A DNA stretch of 58,640 bases from Psammoneis japonica (Eukaryota). Shown one piece after another: positions 21,991 through 35,424 of this stretch. The position numbers and the translations under genes are program-made. The stretch is taken from contig QPGO01000051.1 in NCBI GenBank assembly GCA_008632985.1, forward strand, positions 425,046 to 483,685, in the 5' to 3' direction. Position 1 is the stretch's first letter, and each line of letters opens with the position of its first letter. Under the pieces are notes generated by a model. It had not been told where the DNA came from, searched no databases, and worked only from the letters and a program-made list of their open reading frames with translations.

Positions 21991-24810
21991 TCAATGCATG
22001 TGCCCAACTGCCTGAACTTCATTTTTGTTGTTTTTTGTTCTGCGGGCAGTTGCACGTCTTTTTTTCTTTGCCGAATTTGTTGGGGTGGGTGGGGGTTGTT
22101 CTGCCCTCACTCTTCCTGTTGGCGGCGTGTCCTTCTTTGGCTTGCTGGCATTCTTCATTTTTTCCTTTTCCTTTCTCGCCGCCTCCATTGCCTTCACTCT
22201 GCCACCGCCTTCCCCCCCTTTTCTTGTCTGCCTCAATTCTCTTCCTCCTTGCCTGTTCCTTTTTCCCTCCTTTTCGGCCTGCGCCATCGCCCTGCATTTC
22301 CTTGCATCCATTTTTGTCTCACGATCCGGAGTTGCTTGAACAACTCTTTTCCTCATGTTCTTGTTTTGTGGTTCAGACACTTTCGACAGGGTTTTCATCT
22401 TGGCTGAAACTTTGGCAGCAGCCACAGCACTTGAAGGGTCGTCATCATCTGATGCGCCAATCTCCGATTCAGAGGATGATTCAGAGGATGAGGAGACAAC
22501 ATCCATTCTCCACCATTTTTTCCTTGCAGCAGAACGCGGCACTTGATGCGTTCCAGGTCTAGGTGGGACCTCGTGCTGCTGAACTGTGACATCGACAGTT
22601 TTTTGAATCGCGTCGTATGTGCGCACGTAGATTTCTACGTGTTTTGGCAAAATTTTGCATCATTTTACAGTGCAAACATCAGGCGATCCATTCAGCAACT
22701 TTTAACATTTTTTTCTTCTACGCCATTCTAGAGTGTCTTAAGAATGGCGTGGGGCAGGCGTGTTGTCCAAAACTTTGAGTGCGAAGAGAGACACATGTGC
22801 TGCAAACTTGGCCACTCATTTTGTGTGAAGACAAACACATCCATCAACCAGAGTGCGAACTGCAGAGCTCGCACGCAGAATTCTGCAGGGCAGATGTCAC
22901 AAAAAGTCACACCTGGGGCTGGAACCCATCACTTGTTGGCTTTGATTCAGGAGGGAGCAACTGCTGTCGCTGTCACTCCTGCTTGGAAGGGGTTCGTCAC
23001 TCGAATCTGCATCACTCTGCCAAGCCACATCCATGTTTTGGTTGTCCTCTTCCACCTGTTTCTCAGGGTTTGCAGCAGACGGTTCCTCTTCATCTGCTTT
23101 GTCATTTCCTTGCCCCCCCTGTTGCTGGTCGTTCTCCTCTGACATTCCATCTCTGTCAGAAGTCACTGTGTCATCTGGTGGCTGGCCGGTGCCCCCCTCG
23201 CCCCCCTCATCTGAACTGTCTTTCTTTTGCTCTCCATCTTGAGGGGGTGCGCCATCTCCGTCCATGTCAGGGGTGTGATCTCCATCTTTGTCGTCATCAT
23301 CATTGTCGTTGTTGTCGCGTGTTTCCTCCTCATCCTGCTCTGATGTCTCCTCCTCCTTCTCCTCTTCCTCATCCGCTTCCTTGTCATGTTCCACAGTGGG
23401 GTTGCCGGCTGCATCCTCACCCACTTGTTGTGTGCTCCCATCTTTGTGCCGCAGTTGTGCCAAGGTGGTGTTCATCATCCCTTCGTCGTCGTCTCCCCCT
23501 TGCTGTTCCTCCACTGTGACCTCTGCTCGTGCCGCTTCGTCCTTCTTTGCCTGCTTTTTTTTCTTTTTCGCCTTCCTTTTCTCACTCTCTTCCTTCACTC
23601 TGTCTTCCAAAATCATCTTTCTCATTTTGTCCTCATTCTCCAGTCTTTCCTTCTTGAATCCATTGCGCATTGTGTTGTTGTGCGCCCGCGGCATTGCCTT
23701 GCTGAAGTTCTTGTGAATCAAGTCGCACTCGTGCTCAAATCGTTTCTTTGTCTCTGTGTCTTCATCAAAAAGAGGTTGGAAATTCTGGCAGTTGACAACC
23801 CTTGGAGATGTGCCATCCATTCGGTTCATCGCGTCTTGTAGGTTTGACAGGTGACTCCGAATGTCTGCCCCAACTCTGGCTCTTCAGGTGCAAAAGTGTC
23901 CTCCTCGTCTTTGCTGTTCAATCCTCTGAAGTGAATCTGTTCCTTCACATCCTTCACTGTCAATTTGAGTTGCTTTGCAGGCAGCAGATCGCTGTTCCAA
24001 GAGCCGCCTGTGTTTGACAGGTCCCAACACACTCTTGTTGCAACTTCACGAAAGCCTCCTGTCGGTTGTCGTCTGCGTCCAGGGTGTTGTCCAATGCGCC
24101 ACTGACAGACTTGCACATCTCGGAATTCTTGTTCCACTTCATTCTCTTGCGTTGTTTTTTCGCGGCAGGTTTTGCAGTTTCTTTGTCGGGCTCGTCCTCA
24201 TCGTCCCTTTTCCTTTTCTTGCTCTGTTTCGATTTCCCCACCACCTCAATGAGTCTCTTGTTTGGTTCTTCCAACCATTTCTTCAGCCTTTGGTGGTTGA
24301 GCTCGACTCCGTCTGAAACAGCCACATCGTACACATCGCTCATGCCTGCCATGCAAATCTCCTCAATCAATTCCTTCAAGGTTAACTTGGCATGCTTTGC
24401 ATTTCCTGCGTGGAAACAATCACCAAACAGGTTGGACGGGACCGCAAAACAGATGCACCGGTGTTCCGATCCTGCAAACAATCCGATGCACAGACAGACA
24501 ATGCCAAATCGGTGCAATGGCGTGTTGATTCCGCAGAACAATGCCGATGAGGACAGACCGTGCAACACAGAGACGATGTGGTGTCGATTTCTCGGTCACA
24601 CTCACCGCTGCCCTTCTTGACTGGATCGATTTCAAATCTGGGAACAAAGTCTTCGGTGGAGGCTGTTTTCTGGTTTGCCTCAATGGACAAAATGTTCCCT
24701 GGCTCTTCCAGGTGTTCGATCAGAGAGAGCAGTTTGAGGCTCTTCTTCTTTGTCAACCATTCGCAAATGAACGCAACCATCTGAGGCATGTTTGTGACTT
24801 TCTCTGGAAA
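21991..24810 (-). pseudogene. Unknown protein with acidic low-complexity C-terminus, paralog 1, disrupted by MITE and frameshifts
   Basis: Consecutive minus ORFs 24382-24960, 23960-24568, 22897-23829, 21991-22650 with natural-looking charged sequence. Confidence 0.6.
22545..22930 (+). mobile_element. MITE family A (386 bp), ~25-bp TIRs, 4-bp TSD ACTT
   Basis: gatgcgttccaggtctaggtgggac ... gtcacacctggggctggaacccatc; ACTT at 22541-22544 and 22931-22934; absent from duplicate copy B (~29780). Confidence 0.92.
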
Positions 24811-24896
24811 GTCAGAGACTGTTTCCAATGGGAGAGTGCATTTGCCAAACCTGTGTGGAACATGGCAAAACAACGTGAGCGAATGATCCTCGCCCA

Positions 24897-26555
24897 TTGT
24901 TCGAGATGACTGCTTTGAGGTCGTTGGTGATTGGTTGTGTGTTCTTGGACCTGAAGGCACACGATGAAGAAGGATCTCCCAAGATGGTGTTTCCTCACCA
25001 GACCAATTGTGCCTGGGTGGCCAATCCTCCGCATCAGATCAAAGCCAATGAAAAAGCACTTGCGGAATGCACAACCTGCAAGGATTTTGATGCGGTTTCT
25101 CCAAAACTGATGAACCGAATCAAGTTGAGAAGGGAGCATTGTGACAGGTCACGACATGAATCGGACGATGACCTCTCTGACACGGACAACTGCGTTGATC
25201 CAATGAAAGAGCCTTGCGATCAACTTGCAGTTCGCGTGATTCTCTGGTGTCCCAACTGCAAGAAGGAAGTTTGTCGGGAGCTGTTTTTGAACAATCAGGA
25301 TCATGGACTGCCCAAGCTCCAGTGGATTGCTCCCTGGATTTTCAGAGAGTCAATGACCAAGTTCATTGACCATGCAACCTCGATCCGCCAGCCAAGTGCA
25401 ACAGCCGGATGAACCACAAAGTGCGCGCTGCCTTGATGACCTCCGTCAACTCCGATTGTGAGCCAGTGAAATGCTTTTCTACCGACGTGGTCAGGAATTG
25501 GCACTGTGAGGCAGCAATGGAGCACGTTGCGTTTTGGTGTGGCGAGGCTTTTCGTTTCACACAATGCCAACAGAATCAAGCCATCTGCCAGATTCAATGC
25601 CAGCACGTGGCAAATGTTGCACGCAAGAGGAATTGCAGCAATCGCGGTGTTGTTGGCGTCAACCTCAGCTTTGCACAGAGGTCTGAGAGAACTTTGCAGC
25701 AAATCGTGGGGAAAGACAACGTTCAGGGATTGCTTTGTAAGAAGCACCCCACACAACAGCATGCAATGCCGGAGGAAGCCACTGCCCGTTGCTCGGCGTT
25801 AGTTGCTTGTGACGATGCGCACAACTTGCGAAAAATTGAACTCATGGAAAGGATGCACCAGCTGGCAGAGCCGCTGATGCAACACCCTGTCCCAGAAATT
25901 CATTGCAATGCGCTGATCCGCATTTGTTTGGTTGGTTTAAAGGTGCGAGCAATGGCCGAGCCCTTGCGGAAGAACACTTCAACCCAAGCAACGACAGTGG
26001 TGCAGCGGGAATGGGCCGCATCAGGCGGGTGATCTCTCGTGTCAAGAATGCTCCCAACACCCCTGCGAAATTGGACAAGAAGTTGTGCGACATTTTGGAC
26101 AAGCGCGCAGACGCTCAGATCAATGCCGGTCAAATCTGCAAAGTGCAAGCCCTGGCTGAGCAAGAAATGGAAACTGTTGGGCGTGCGGCAGACAATCTGG
26201 AAGACGAGGAGGAGCAACCCAATTTCAGAGCATGGACAGCAGCGGGTGAGCGCCAAGAGTGTCACTCCTGCAAATGGGCAAGGCTCAATTTCAAAGACCG
26301 TCATCCCGGTGTGTGCAAAGCAATGATTTGCTTCCAACCATCGGCCCGCGGGCAGTGCATTTGCAAGGAGATGGAGACACCTGTGTTTTTTCGTCATTGG
26401 CAAGTGCTCTTCATCATCTTCGGGATGAGCCAATGGAACGTTGCATCATGAGCCTCATTGACAAATCGTCGGAGTCGGAGGCAAGTGACAATCTTTGCGT
26501 GAGGCAGGCGGTCTCTTTGCTCGAAGGACTGTTGAGCAAAGATCATCCACCAGCC
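24897..26555 (+). pseudogene. Decayed unknown gene fragment ending in a Q-x4-C..SALH motif
   Basis: Overlapping plus ORFs 24897-25412, 25409-26032, 25903-26451, 26259-; HLQGDGDTCVFSSLASALHHL. Confidence 0.4.
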
Positions 26556-28740
26556 GATGCTGGCATGGAATTCTGCAATGCAAAACGTGTCAACTGCACC
26601 TTGCCCGCCAGCATCTTCAGGGTTGGGGTTGGGGTTGGGGTTAGCATGTGTGTCTTTTTGGTTTGGTTTTGGGTTGGGGCAAGAGTCTGCACGTCGTCCG
26701 TCAATGGTTTCCCATCATCGTTGTTGCCTGGTGACTCCACATCCTCCTGCTCAACTTCCTCCTGGCTTTGCTCTTCATCTTTGCTTCCCTCTTCTGCCTG
26801 GCTTTCCTCTCCAGCTTCACTTGCTTCTTCAGATGCACTGTCAAATTCTTGAGAAGCCGCTTCAGACTGATCACCCTCAGAGGCTTCGTGTGAATTCAGA
26901 GATGCAACGGGATCCTCAATGCTGTCTTGTGATGCCTGCATCTCGCCACCGTCGTCTTGGGCTGGAAAGGAGTCATGGTCTTGCACATTTCCAGAAATGT
27001 CCTGCCCAGCATGGGGTGAGCCATTTGGGTCCAGTGCTGGGTCCATTTCGACCAAGTCCTGTTTGTCTGCATGGCATTCGGAAGGTTTGACGTGAGAAAC
27101 AAAGACAGCGCCATTTGGGACCATGGCTGGTTCCATTTCGCCTTTGCTCACCTGATTGAAATGCTTCACCTGACAATGTCTTCTGTCCCTCTTCAGACTT
27201 GCCTTCTTCTGCCTTCTGGCCATCACCATGGCCCTTTTGTTGCACAGATGCAAGGTCGTCTTTTTCCGGCTTGTCACTGGCTGCATCTCGTGCTGCATCA
27301 CCATTGCCGCTTTCTGATGCTTCTGGCTCTGTGGTGACCAGTTTCGCCCTGACTGTGATCTTTCGTCGCATCTTCCTGAATCTCGGTTCCTTCTGGGACT
27401 TTGCATTCATCATCTTGAAAACTTTCAGAAATGATGCCTTGTTCATGTTCAACCGACTCGGCATTTTCTGCATCATGTTCAGAATCGACGTGTGAGGTGC
27501 AGACTGTGTCATTTTGGGACCATCGCTGGCTCCATTTTGCCCCACTTGCCTGACCGACCAGAAGTTCCTGTTGTTTCATTCGTCTCGACAACGTCAACCT
27601 CTGGATTTTCCTGCTGCCTTGCAGCTGACAGCTGAGATTTAGCAGTCTGCTCGGAATCTCCAGTTTTTTGAGAATGATCGATGTCCTGGCCTCTGTCGAA
27701 CCCACCTTTGTTGACCTCCAAGTGTTCATGTCGGGAAGTGTTGAAGTGATTCTGGTGGATGAGTGTTGCCTTGATCATTGCACACTCTTCTGCTGATTTT
27801 GGGTCCTTGTGGGACTCGTCAAAGTTGTTGCAGTCGCTGCAACTTTGATCTTCGTCAAACACAAATTTCCCGACAGCCTCGCCCCACAGTTTCTCTTTTT
27901 CGAATTGGACGACAGCTCGAAACTTGATTTTGGAAGGGTCGGCATCTGAGCAATCAAGTTCGTCATCGGCGTTGCATCCCCTGCAGTGGATTTTCATCCT
28001 TCAGCCGCTTTGGAGTCACATTTTTGTTCAGTTGCATGCAAGCAATGGCACAAGCAACGGCGCCACGCTGTTTGTTCAATTTGGTGAATTCTGCCTTCAA
28101 CTTGTGCACCGCCTCTTCATTGCTGTCCGTTGTGTCGACAGTCTTTGACAGGCACCTGTCAACCAGCTGGTGTGTGCTTGAATTCTTGTTCCACTTGCCA
28201 ATTGATCGTCCACCAAAAAGGGGTTCGTGTGCCAGCATCGCTTTAGCTGCAGATGTTGGGTCGGCCACAACCGTGGGTTGGGCTTTTTCGAGCCAACCTT
28301 GAAAAACAGCAATGGTCATCTGCACACCATCATCTCGTGCCTTTTCGTAAATGCCATCTTCAACAAGAATGATGTCCAGCACCAACTCAGACAGGCTGCT
28401 GCAAACGCTCCCTCCAACCTTGCACTTCGTGCAAAAGGTGTTGAGTGCAAGGTCTTGATTGTTTCCTCTGCCACAAGGTTCCCTTTGCTGTCCACAAATT
28501 TGGCTCGCCCCTCCTCCTTGTCCATCACGGCAAATCTTCTGACAGAAACACTCAAGCTCTTTTCCTTGCTCAACCACTCACAGACAAAGGCCACCATTGT
28601 TGGAATGTTCGTCATGACATCCGGGTCGGCCTTGCTTTTTCTCACCAACTCTCTGTGTGATTTCAAAGTGTCCTTGTCAAACATTGCTGCTTGTGCACCA
28701 GTGTCTTCATCAGGGTCTTCAAGCAGCATGGAGTGGTGCA
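26555..28740 (-). pseudogene. Unknown acidic protein, divergent paralog 2
   Basis: TNIPTMVAFVCEWLSKEKSL and KWNKNS...AIACMQLNKNVT..IHCRG align by eye with TNMPQMVAFICEWLTKKKSL and KWNKNS...AICCLQSNSNLT..IHFRG of paralog 1. Confidence 0.6.
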
Positions 28741-28747
28741 ATTGTGT

Positions 28748-31610
28748 GTGGTGCATTTGGGATGGGAGGGTTTGGGTTTGGGTTGTGAGGTGGCACGAAA
28801 CGCTTCCGGTTGAATGACAGACCCCACCTGATCGATGCCAAGTGGCCACGGTTGAAGGACAGACCATGCCAAATGGATGCGCACCCGCATCTATTTCTCA
28901 TCCACAGTCGACCTCAGGACATGCATTTGCCAAAGCGATCAATGCAATTTGCTCCTGTCAACGGACAGACCATGCCAAATGGGTGCGCACCCGCATCTGT
29001 TTCTCATCCACAGTCAAACTCAGGACATGTCGCTGCACACATCAAATCAGTCAAGCATTGTTTTCACATGTTGTGACCAACAGCGTGACTAAAAGCAACA
29101 CCCAAAACAAGCAACTGAATGCTAAAATTGCCACAAACCTGAAAACAAAAAGTGGACAATGAGTGTTGCGGGATTCACAGCAGTGCAGCCATTTTGAGAC
29201 TGCGATGCTCCCCGCACACATTTTTGTGGTCGATGCATGTGCCCAACTGCCCAAACTTCATTTTTGTTGTTTTTTGTTCTGCGGGCAGTTGCACGTCTTT
29301 TTTTCTTAACCGAATTCATTGGGATGGGTGGGGGTTGTTCCACCGTCACTCTTCCTGTTGGCGGCGTGTCCTTCTTTGGCTTGCTGGCGTTCTTCATTTT
29401 TCCTTTTCCTTTCTCTTTGCCTCCATTGCCTTCGCTCTTGCCGCGGCCTTCCACCCCTTTTCTTGTCTGCCTCAATTCTCTTCCTCCTTGCCTGTTCCTT
29501 TCTTTCCTCCTTTTCGGCCTGCGCCATCGCCCTGCGTTTCCTTGCGTCCGTTTTTGTCTCACCATCTGGAGTTGCTCGAACAATTCTTTCCCTCACATTC
29601 TTGTTTTGTGGTTCAGACACTTTTGACAGGGTTTTCATCTTGGCTGAAACCTTGGCAGCAGCCACAGCACTTGAAGGGTCGTCATCATCTGATGCACCAA
29701 TCTCCGATTCAGAGGATGATTCAGAGGATGAGGAGACTAAATCCATTCTCATCCGTCTTTTCCTTGCAGCGGAACGTGGCACGTGGTCGATTCGATTCAG
29801 GAGGGAGCAACTGCTGTCGCTGTCACTCCCGCTTGGAAGGGATCCGTCATTCGAATCTGCGTCACTCTGCCAATCCACATCCATGTTTTGGTTGTCCTCT
29901 TCCTCCTGTTGCTCAGGGTTTGCAGCAGACAGTTCCTCTTCATCTGCTTTGTCATTTCCTTGCCCCCCGTGTTGCTGGTCATTCTCCTCTGACATTCCGT
30001 CTCTGTCAGAAGTCACTTTGTCATCTGGTGGCTGGTCGGTTCCCCCCTCGCCCCCCTCATCTGAACGATCTTTCTTTTGTTCTTTATCTTGAGGGGGTGT
30101 GCCATCTCCGTCTTTGTCAGGGGTGTGATCTCCATCTTTGTCATTGTCATCATTGTCGTTGTTGTCATGTGTTTCCTCGTCCTTCTGCTCTGATGTCTCC
30201 TCCTCCTTCTCCTCTTCCTCATCCGCTTCCTTGTCATGTTCCACAGTGGGGTTGCCGACTGCATCCTCGCCCACTTGTTGTGTGCTCCCATCTTGGTGCT
30301 GCAGTTCTTCCAAGGTGGTGTTCATCATCCCTTCGTCGTTGTCTCCCCCTTGCTGTTCCTCCGCTGTGACCTCTGCTCGCGCCGCTTCATCCTTCTTTGC
30401 CTGCTTTTTTTCTTTTTTGCCTTCCTTTTCTCGCTCTCTTCCTTCATTCTGTCTTCCAAAATCGTCTTTCTCATTTTGTCCTCATTCTCCAGTCTTTCCT
30501 TCTTGAATCCATTGTGCACTGTGTTGTTGTGCGACCATGGCATTGCCTTGCTGAAGTTCTTGTGAATCAAGTCGCACTCGTGCTCAAATCGTTTCTTTGT
30601 CTCTGTGTCTTCATCAAAAAGAGTTTGGAAATTCCGGCAGTTGACAACCCTTGGAGATGTGCCATCTGTTCGGTTCATCGCATCTTCACAGGTTTGACAG
30701 GTGACTCCAAATGTCTGCCCCAATTCCTGCTCTTCAGGTGCAAAACTGTCCTCCTCCTCTTTGCTGTTCAATCCTCTGAAGTGAATCTGTTCCTTCACAT
30801 CCTTCACTGTCAGATTTGAGTTGCTTTGCAGGCAGCAGATCACTGTTCCAAGAGCCGCCTGTGTTTGACAGGTCCTGACGCACCCTTGTTGCAACTTCAC
30901 GAAAGCCTCCTGTCGGTTGTCGTCTGCATCCAGGGTGTTGTCCAATGCACCACTGACAGACTTGCACATCTCAGAATTCTTGTGAATTCTTGTTCCACTC
31001 CTCATCGTCCCTTTTCCTTTTCTTGCTCTGTTTCGATTTCCCCACCACCTCAATGAGTCTCTTGTTTGGTTCTTCCAACCATTTCTTCAGCCTTTGGTGG
31101 TTGAGCTCGACTCCCGTCTGAAACAGCCACATTGTACACATCGCTCATGCCTGCCATGCAAATCTCCTCAATCTAATCCTTCAAGGTTGACTTGGCATGC
31201 TTTGCATTTCCTGCGTGGAAACAATCACCAAACAGGTCAGACGGGGACTGAAAAATAGATGCATTGGTGTTCCAATCCTTCAAACAATCCAATGCACAGA
31301 CAGACAACACCAAATCGGTGCAATGGCGTGTTGATTCCGCAGAACAATGCCAACGAGGACAGACCGTGCGACACAGAGACGACGTGGCATTGATTTCTGG
31401 TCACACTCACCGCTGCCCTTCTTGACTGGATCGATTTCAAATTTGGGAACAAAGTCTTCGGTGGAGACTGTTTTCTGGTTTGCCTCATGGACAAAATGTT
31501 CCCTGGCTCTTCCAGGTGTTCAATCAGAGAGAGCAGTTTGAGGCTCTTCTTCTTTGTCAACCATTTGCAAATGAACGCAACCATCTGAGGCATGTTTGTG
31601 ACTTTCTCTG
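28748..31610. repeat. Segmental duplication copy B, carrying paralog 3 on the minus strand (coding remnants ~29306-31959)
   Basis: Colinear with 21508-24810; ORFs 31237-31959, 30325-31053, 29306-30328. Confidence 0.93.
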
Positions 31611-32070
31611 GACAGTTTGTGTCATCGCGAAACATCAATTCATGAAAGGGCTCCTCACTCAACACCTCCTGTTCATCATCGTCAAGACCAGACGTTTCTT
31701 TGGGAAGCATTGCCTGAAAAAGAAACGTTTTTTGATTTTCTTCACCAGCATCCAACCAACATTTGTTGACAGGGATCACATCTCCGAAGTGACAAAATGC
31801 CTCCATTGTTGCCTTTCCGGCACCAGCCAGCAACTTTGGACACAGATTTTTGTCGGTCCACCTCCCTTTTCCGCACTGCACCATTTTTGTCATCGTCAAA
31901 CCAAGGATGACCTGTGTTTTGATGTGGACATCAAAGACACACAGTGCGGCTTTGGGCAAACCGCTCTTGAAACATCGGTTTTGTTGAGATTTGCAAAAAT
32001 TCCCTTCAAAAAGAAAAGAAAAGACAACTGGTTTTCAGGCACACGACAAACAATTCACGGTTTTCACTTG

Positions 32071-34870
32071 TCATGTGTTTCCGTTGCTCCAACACTCACC
32101 GAATGTAATTTGCCCTTTTTTGTTCCCTGCAATGTCAAGGGAAAGGAGTGATTGAGCAAATGTTGAGCACCGTTTCTCGAGAATGAAATCATGGTGGGCT
32201 CCCAAAGCAAGGAATTGTCTCACCTTGTGTCCATCATTGTCAGCGGTTTCCGCCACCAGGAACTCCGTTGACAGGCCCATCACCTCTCCCTGTGCATTTT
32301 CAGCCAAATTGTTCAGCACTGTGCAGTTGCAAAGGACTTTTCCATCTTCTCCTTCTCCCAATTCCGTTGCAAACGAGACTCGCAATCCCTCCGGCAGGGT
32401 GGGTTCAGATTGGTGGCATCTTCTGATGACTTGTTTCAGTGTTTTGGCCGACCGGCTGTTGAAAACAAAATTCGTGAACAACATCATTGGTCCGGCAATG
32501 CTGGCCCTTTCTCTCGTTGGCTTTGTGCTGTTGTGCAACCCGGGATGTTTCCTTTCACGCAAGGTTTTGGTCATTGCATTGGCAAACTTTCCTGCTTCGT
32601 CGACATCACCACCCAGCTCAAGGTTCCTGTTGGTGTCCTCCCTTGCCTTTTGAACCACGGCCTTCACAGATTTGCAATCGGAAGTGAACAGACACTTGAG
32701 CACCATTTTCCTGAGTCCCTCGTGCGCTTCGATGTGCTTGACGCTGTCACTGCCTTTTTCCTTTGGTTGCATCGCCTCCTCGTCTGTGACCACCTTCCTG
32801 CATTGCAGCTCACCCAACATTTGTGTGTGTTCAGTTGCGTGTCGTTGAGCAAACTGATTGAGACGTCAATGAAGCTTCGCCTTGAACCCGATGTGGTGTC
32901 AGCTTGGATGACCTCGCTGCATCTTTTGCAGAGGAACAAACTTCTTTCCCCAAACAAACCAAGCTTGATGTGCGGCTCGGATTTTTCTTCAATGCACGGA
33001 GACAACATCGCCAATGGCGCTCTCTTTGATGTCCTGTCCATGAGTGCTTGTTGTTCACAATTCAATTTTTTCCCCAACAACTCACTGAATTGCCTTGGGG
33101 GAAACATCTGCATCAGTGCCAGGTCAACGCCCAACACGCGGCACTGTCCATCGAGGAAGGAGTTTCGAATGGCTGCAATTGCTTGCAACATCAGCTTGCG
33201 TTCCAACATGAGAACAGATTTGTTGTGTGTCGTCTTGTTCTTGCAGTGCGTGAAAGGGGCGAAATGTGCATTTTGAATGGCAAAAGTTTGGCACAAGATG
33301 TTTTGCAATCTTTTGTGCAAGGATTCAAAATCAGCCATCTTCCTCAAAGAATTGCATTGTTGATCCAAAAGCACATGAAGTGCGCATGTCAGGAAAAGTC
33401 CCTTCTGCCGACTGCTCCAGTTGTCTTTCACATTTGTCAATTGCGCCCTTGTGTCCGCATTGTCGCCCTCCATCTTGGCGTGTGTGAGCAATGCAAACAG
33501 CCCAAGCGCGTGTTCCTTGGCAACAATGGATGCGCCGGCATTGCTCAAACTTGGTTTGCTGCAATCACAGCAGAGCTCACAGGCCGGAACCACCTTTTCA
33601 AATTTTGCAGGTTGATGTGTGACCGCGCAGGGCATCACTGTGTGTGGCACAATGTTGAATGATTTGCTGGAAAGCCCATGCGCACTCTGCAAAGTCCCCA
33701 CACGGTTCTTGTCGGAGACAGGCGCCAGCGGGTTGCAATCTGGGTTGTAGATCTTTTCGTTGTTGGCATGCCTTTGGTTGACATCTGGTTGACTGAGAGG
33801 ACACATGGCTGCAACATCGCGGTTTCTTGCACAAGTCACCCCCGCAAACAGAGAGATGACCACCGGACTGATGTTTGCGTTGACCCTGTCAAAGCAATCT
33901 CCCATGTCTGCTCCCTTTTCTCTGTTGTTCTTTTGACGATTCATCAGTTTTTCCAAATCTGCATTGGCGATTTCCTTCAGTTTGTAGGGGACACCTTTCG
34001 ACAGAGGACATGACGGTGGCTTCAATTTCTTGAAGCATCCGTCATCTGATTTCACATCCCCCATTGGATTCTTTGGCACTGTTGCGTCCTTCACGATCAC
34101 TTTGCCACAAATGACCCTGAAAATGGTGTGCACCTGCTCCACTGTCAATTCTTTGTCAATCGGTGAGATTTTGTTGTGCACTGCTGCCACACACCCTGGA
34201 CTGCCCATCTCTTGCAACATCAAGGTTCCCACCAAATTTCCAATTGCACATTCTTTGCCGATCAGGTCTTTCATCATTTCCCTGTCATTGTCGCTGACGG
34301 CTGCATGGAATCTCAACGCCTGTTTGCTGTTGGTTGCACAAGGGAAAAAAGGTCAAATTGTCATTTGGCAACTCTTGTCACGCCTGTGAGAAACAGAGAC
34401 GGCGTCGTCTCTGTTTTGCACAGCACGCTGTGTTGGACAGACATCCTCATGCCAGTGCATGATTGGTGCGGGCACGTGTCAATTTTTCCAAACAAACTTG
34501 GTGATGGACAGACCGTGCGAAATGGAGATGGCAACGTCTCCATCTCGCGCAACACGCAACGTCAGACAGACGCTTCTTCAATGCCGGATGCAGTGACGCA
34601 CGGTCATCAACTTCAACAATGGAACCAGGAACTGGGAATCAACGCATGCTTGCCATTTCAGTTTGGCATTTTTGCCCTTGGCCACCCATTGCTTGTTGAA
34701 CCGCAGACGAATGCCATGGCAATCATCCTCATTCCACCAGTCGCAGATTTTGTTGTGAGTGCCCCCTTTTTCCTAGTTTTCTTTAAACTTGCAAGGCAAG
34801 GCATCCACAAACACCCAATCGACACCGTCCTCCCCCCTGCAGCAAGTTTTCACAGTCATGCCTGTTGGTG
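32071..34870 (-). pseudogene. Long decayed unknown coding region
   Basis: ORFs 32664-34316 (550 aa) and 32071-32820 read as globular protein with Cys/His excess; no family recognised. Confidence 0.45.
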
Positions 34871-34874
34871 CATG

Positions 34875-35423
34875 ATGAAAAGACATGTTTGTTTTCTTTG
34901 AAACCACATGTTTGTTTTCCTTGAAACGACATGTTTGTTTTCATTGAAAAGACATGTTTGATTTCCTTGAAACAACATGTTTGTTTTCCTTGAAATGACA
35001 TGTTTGTTTTCCTTGAAAAGACACATTTGTGTTCCTTGAAACAACATGTTTGTTTTCCTTGAAATGGCGTGTTTGTTTTCCTTGAAACGACATGTTTGTT
35101 TTCCTTGAAAACACACATTTGTTTTCCTTGAAACGACAGACACGTTCCAGGTCTAGGTGGGACCTCACACTGCTGAACTGTGACATTGACAGTTTTTTGA
35201 ATCGCGTCGTGTGTTGCGCGCGCACATTTCTGCGTGACTGTGGCGAAATTTTGTGTGATTTTACAGTGCAATTGTCAGGCCATGCATTGATCAACTTTTG
35301 ACATTTTTTTCTTCTACGCCATTCTCGCTCCTTGAAAAGACATGTTTGTTTTTTTTGAAACCACATGTTTGTTTTCCTTGAAACGACACGTTTGTTTTCC
35401 TTGAAAAGACATGTTTGTTTTCC
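34875..35423 (-). repeat. 23-bp satellite block interrupted by a partial MITE A (35139-~35325)
   Basis: Reverse complement of TCAAGGAAAACAAACATGTCTTT; gacacgttccaggtctaggtgggacc at 35139. Confidence 0.9.
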
Positions 35424-35424
35424 T

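Larger units (their letters stand above)
21508..24810. repeat. Segmental duplication copy A (copy B at ~28748-31610)
   Basis: Both start gtggtgcatttgggatgggagggtttggg and end gtttgtgactttctctgga; colinear apart from the MITE and small indels. Confidence 0.93.
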
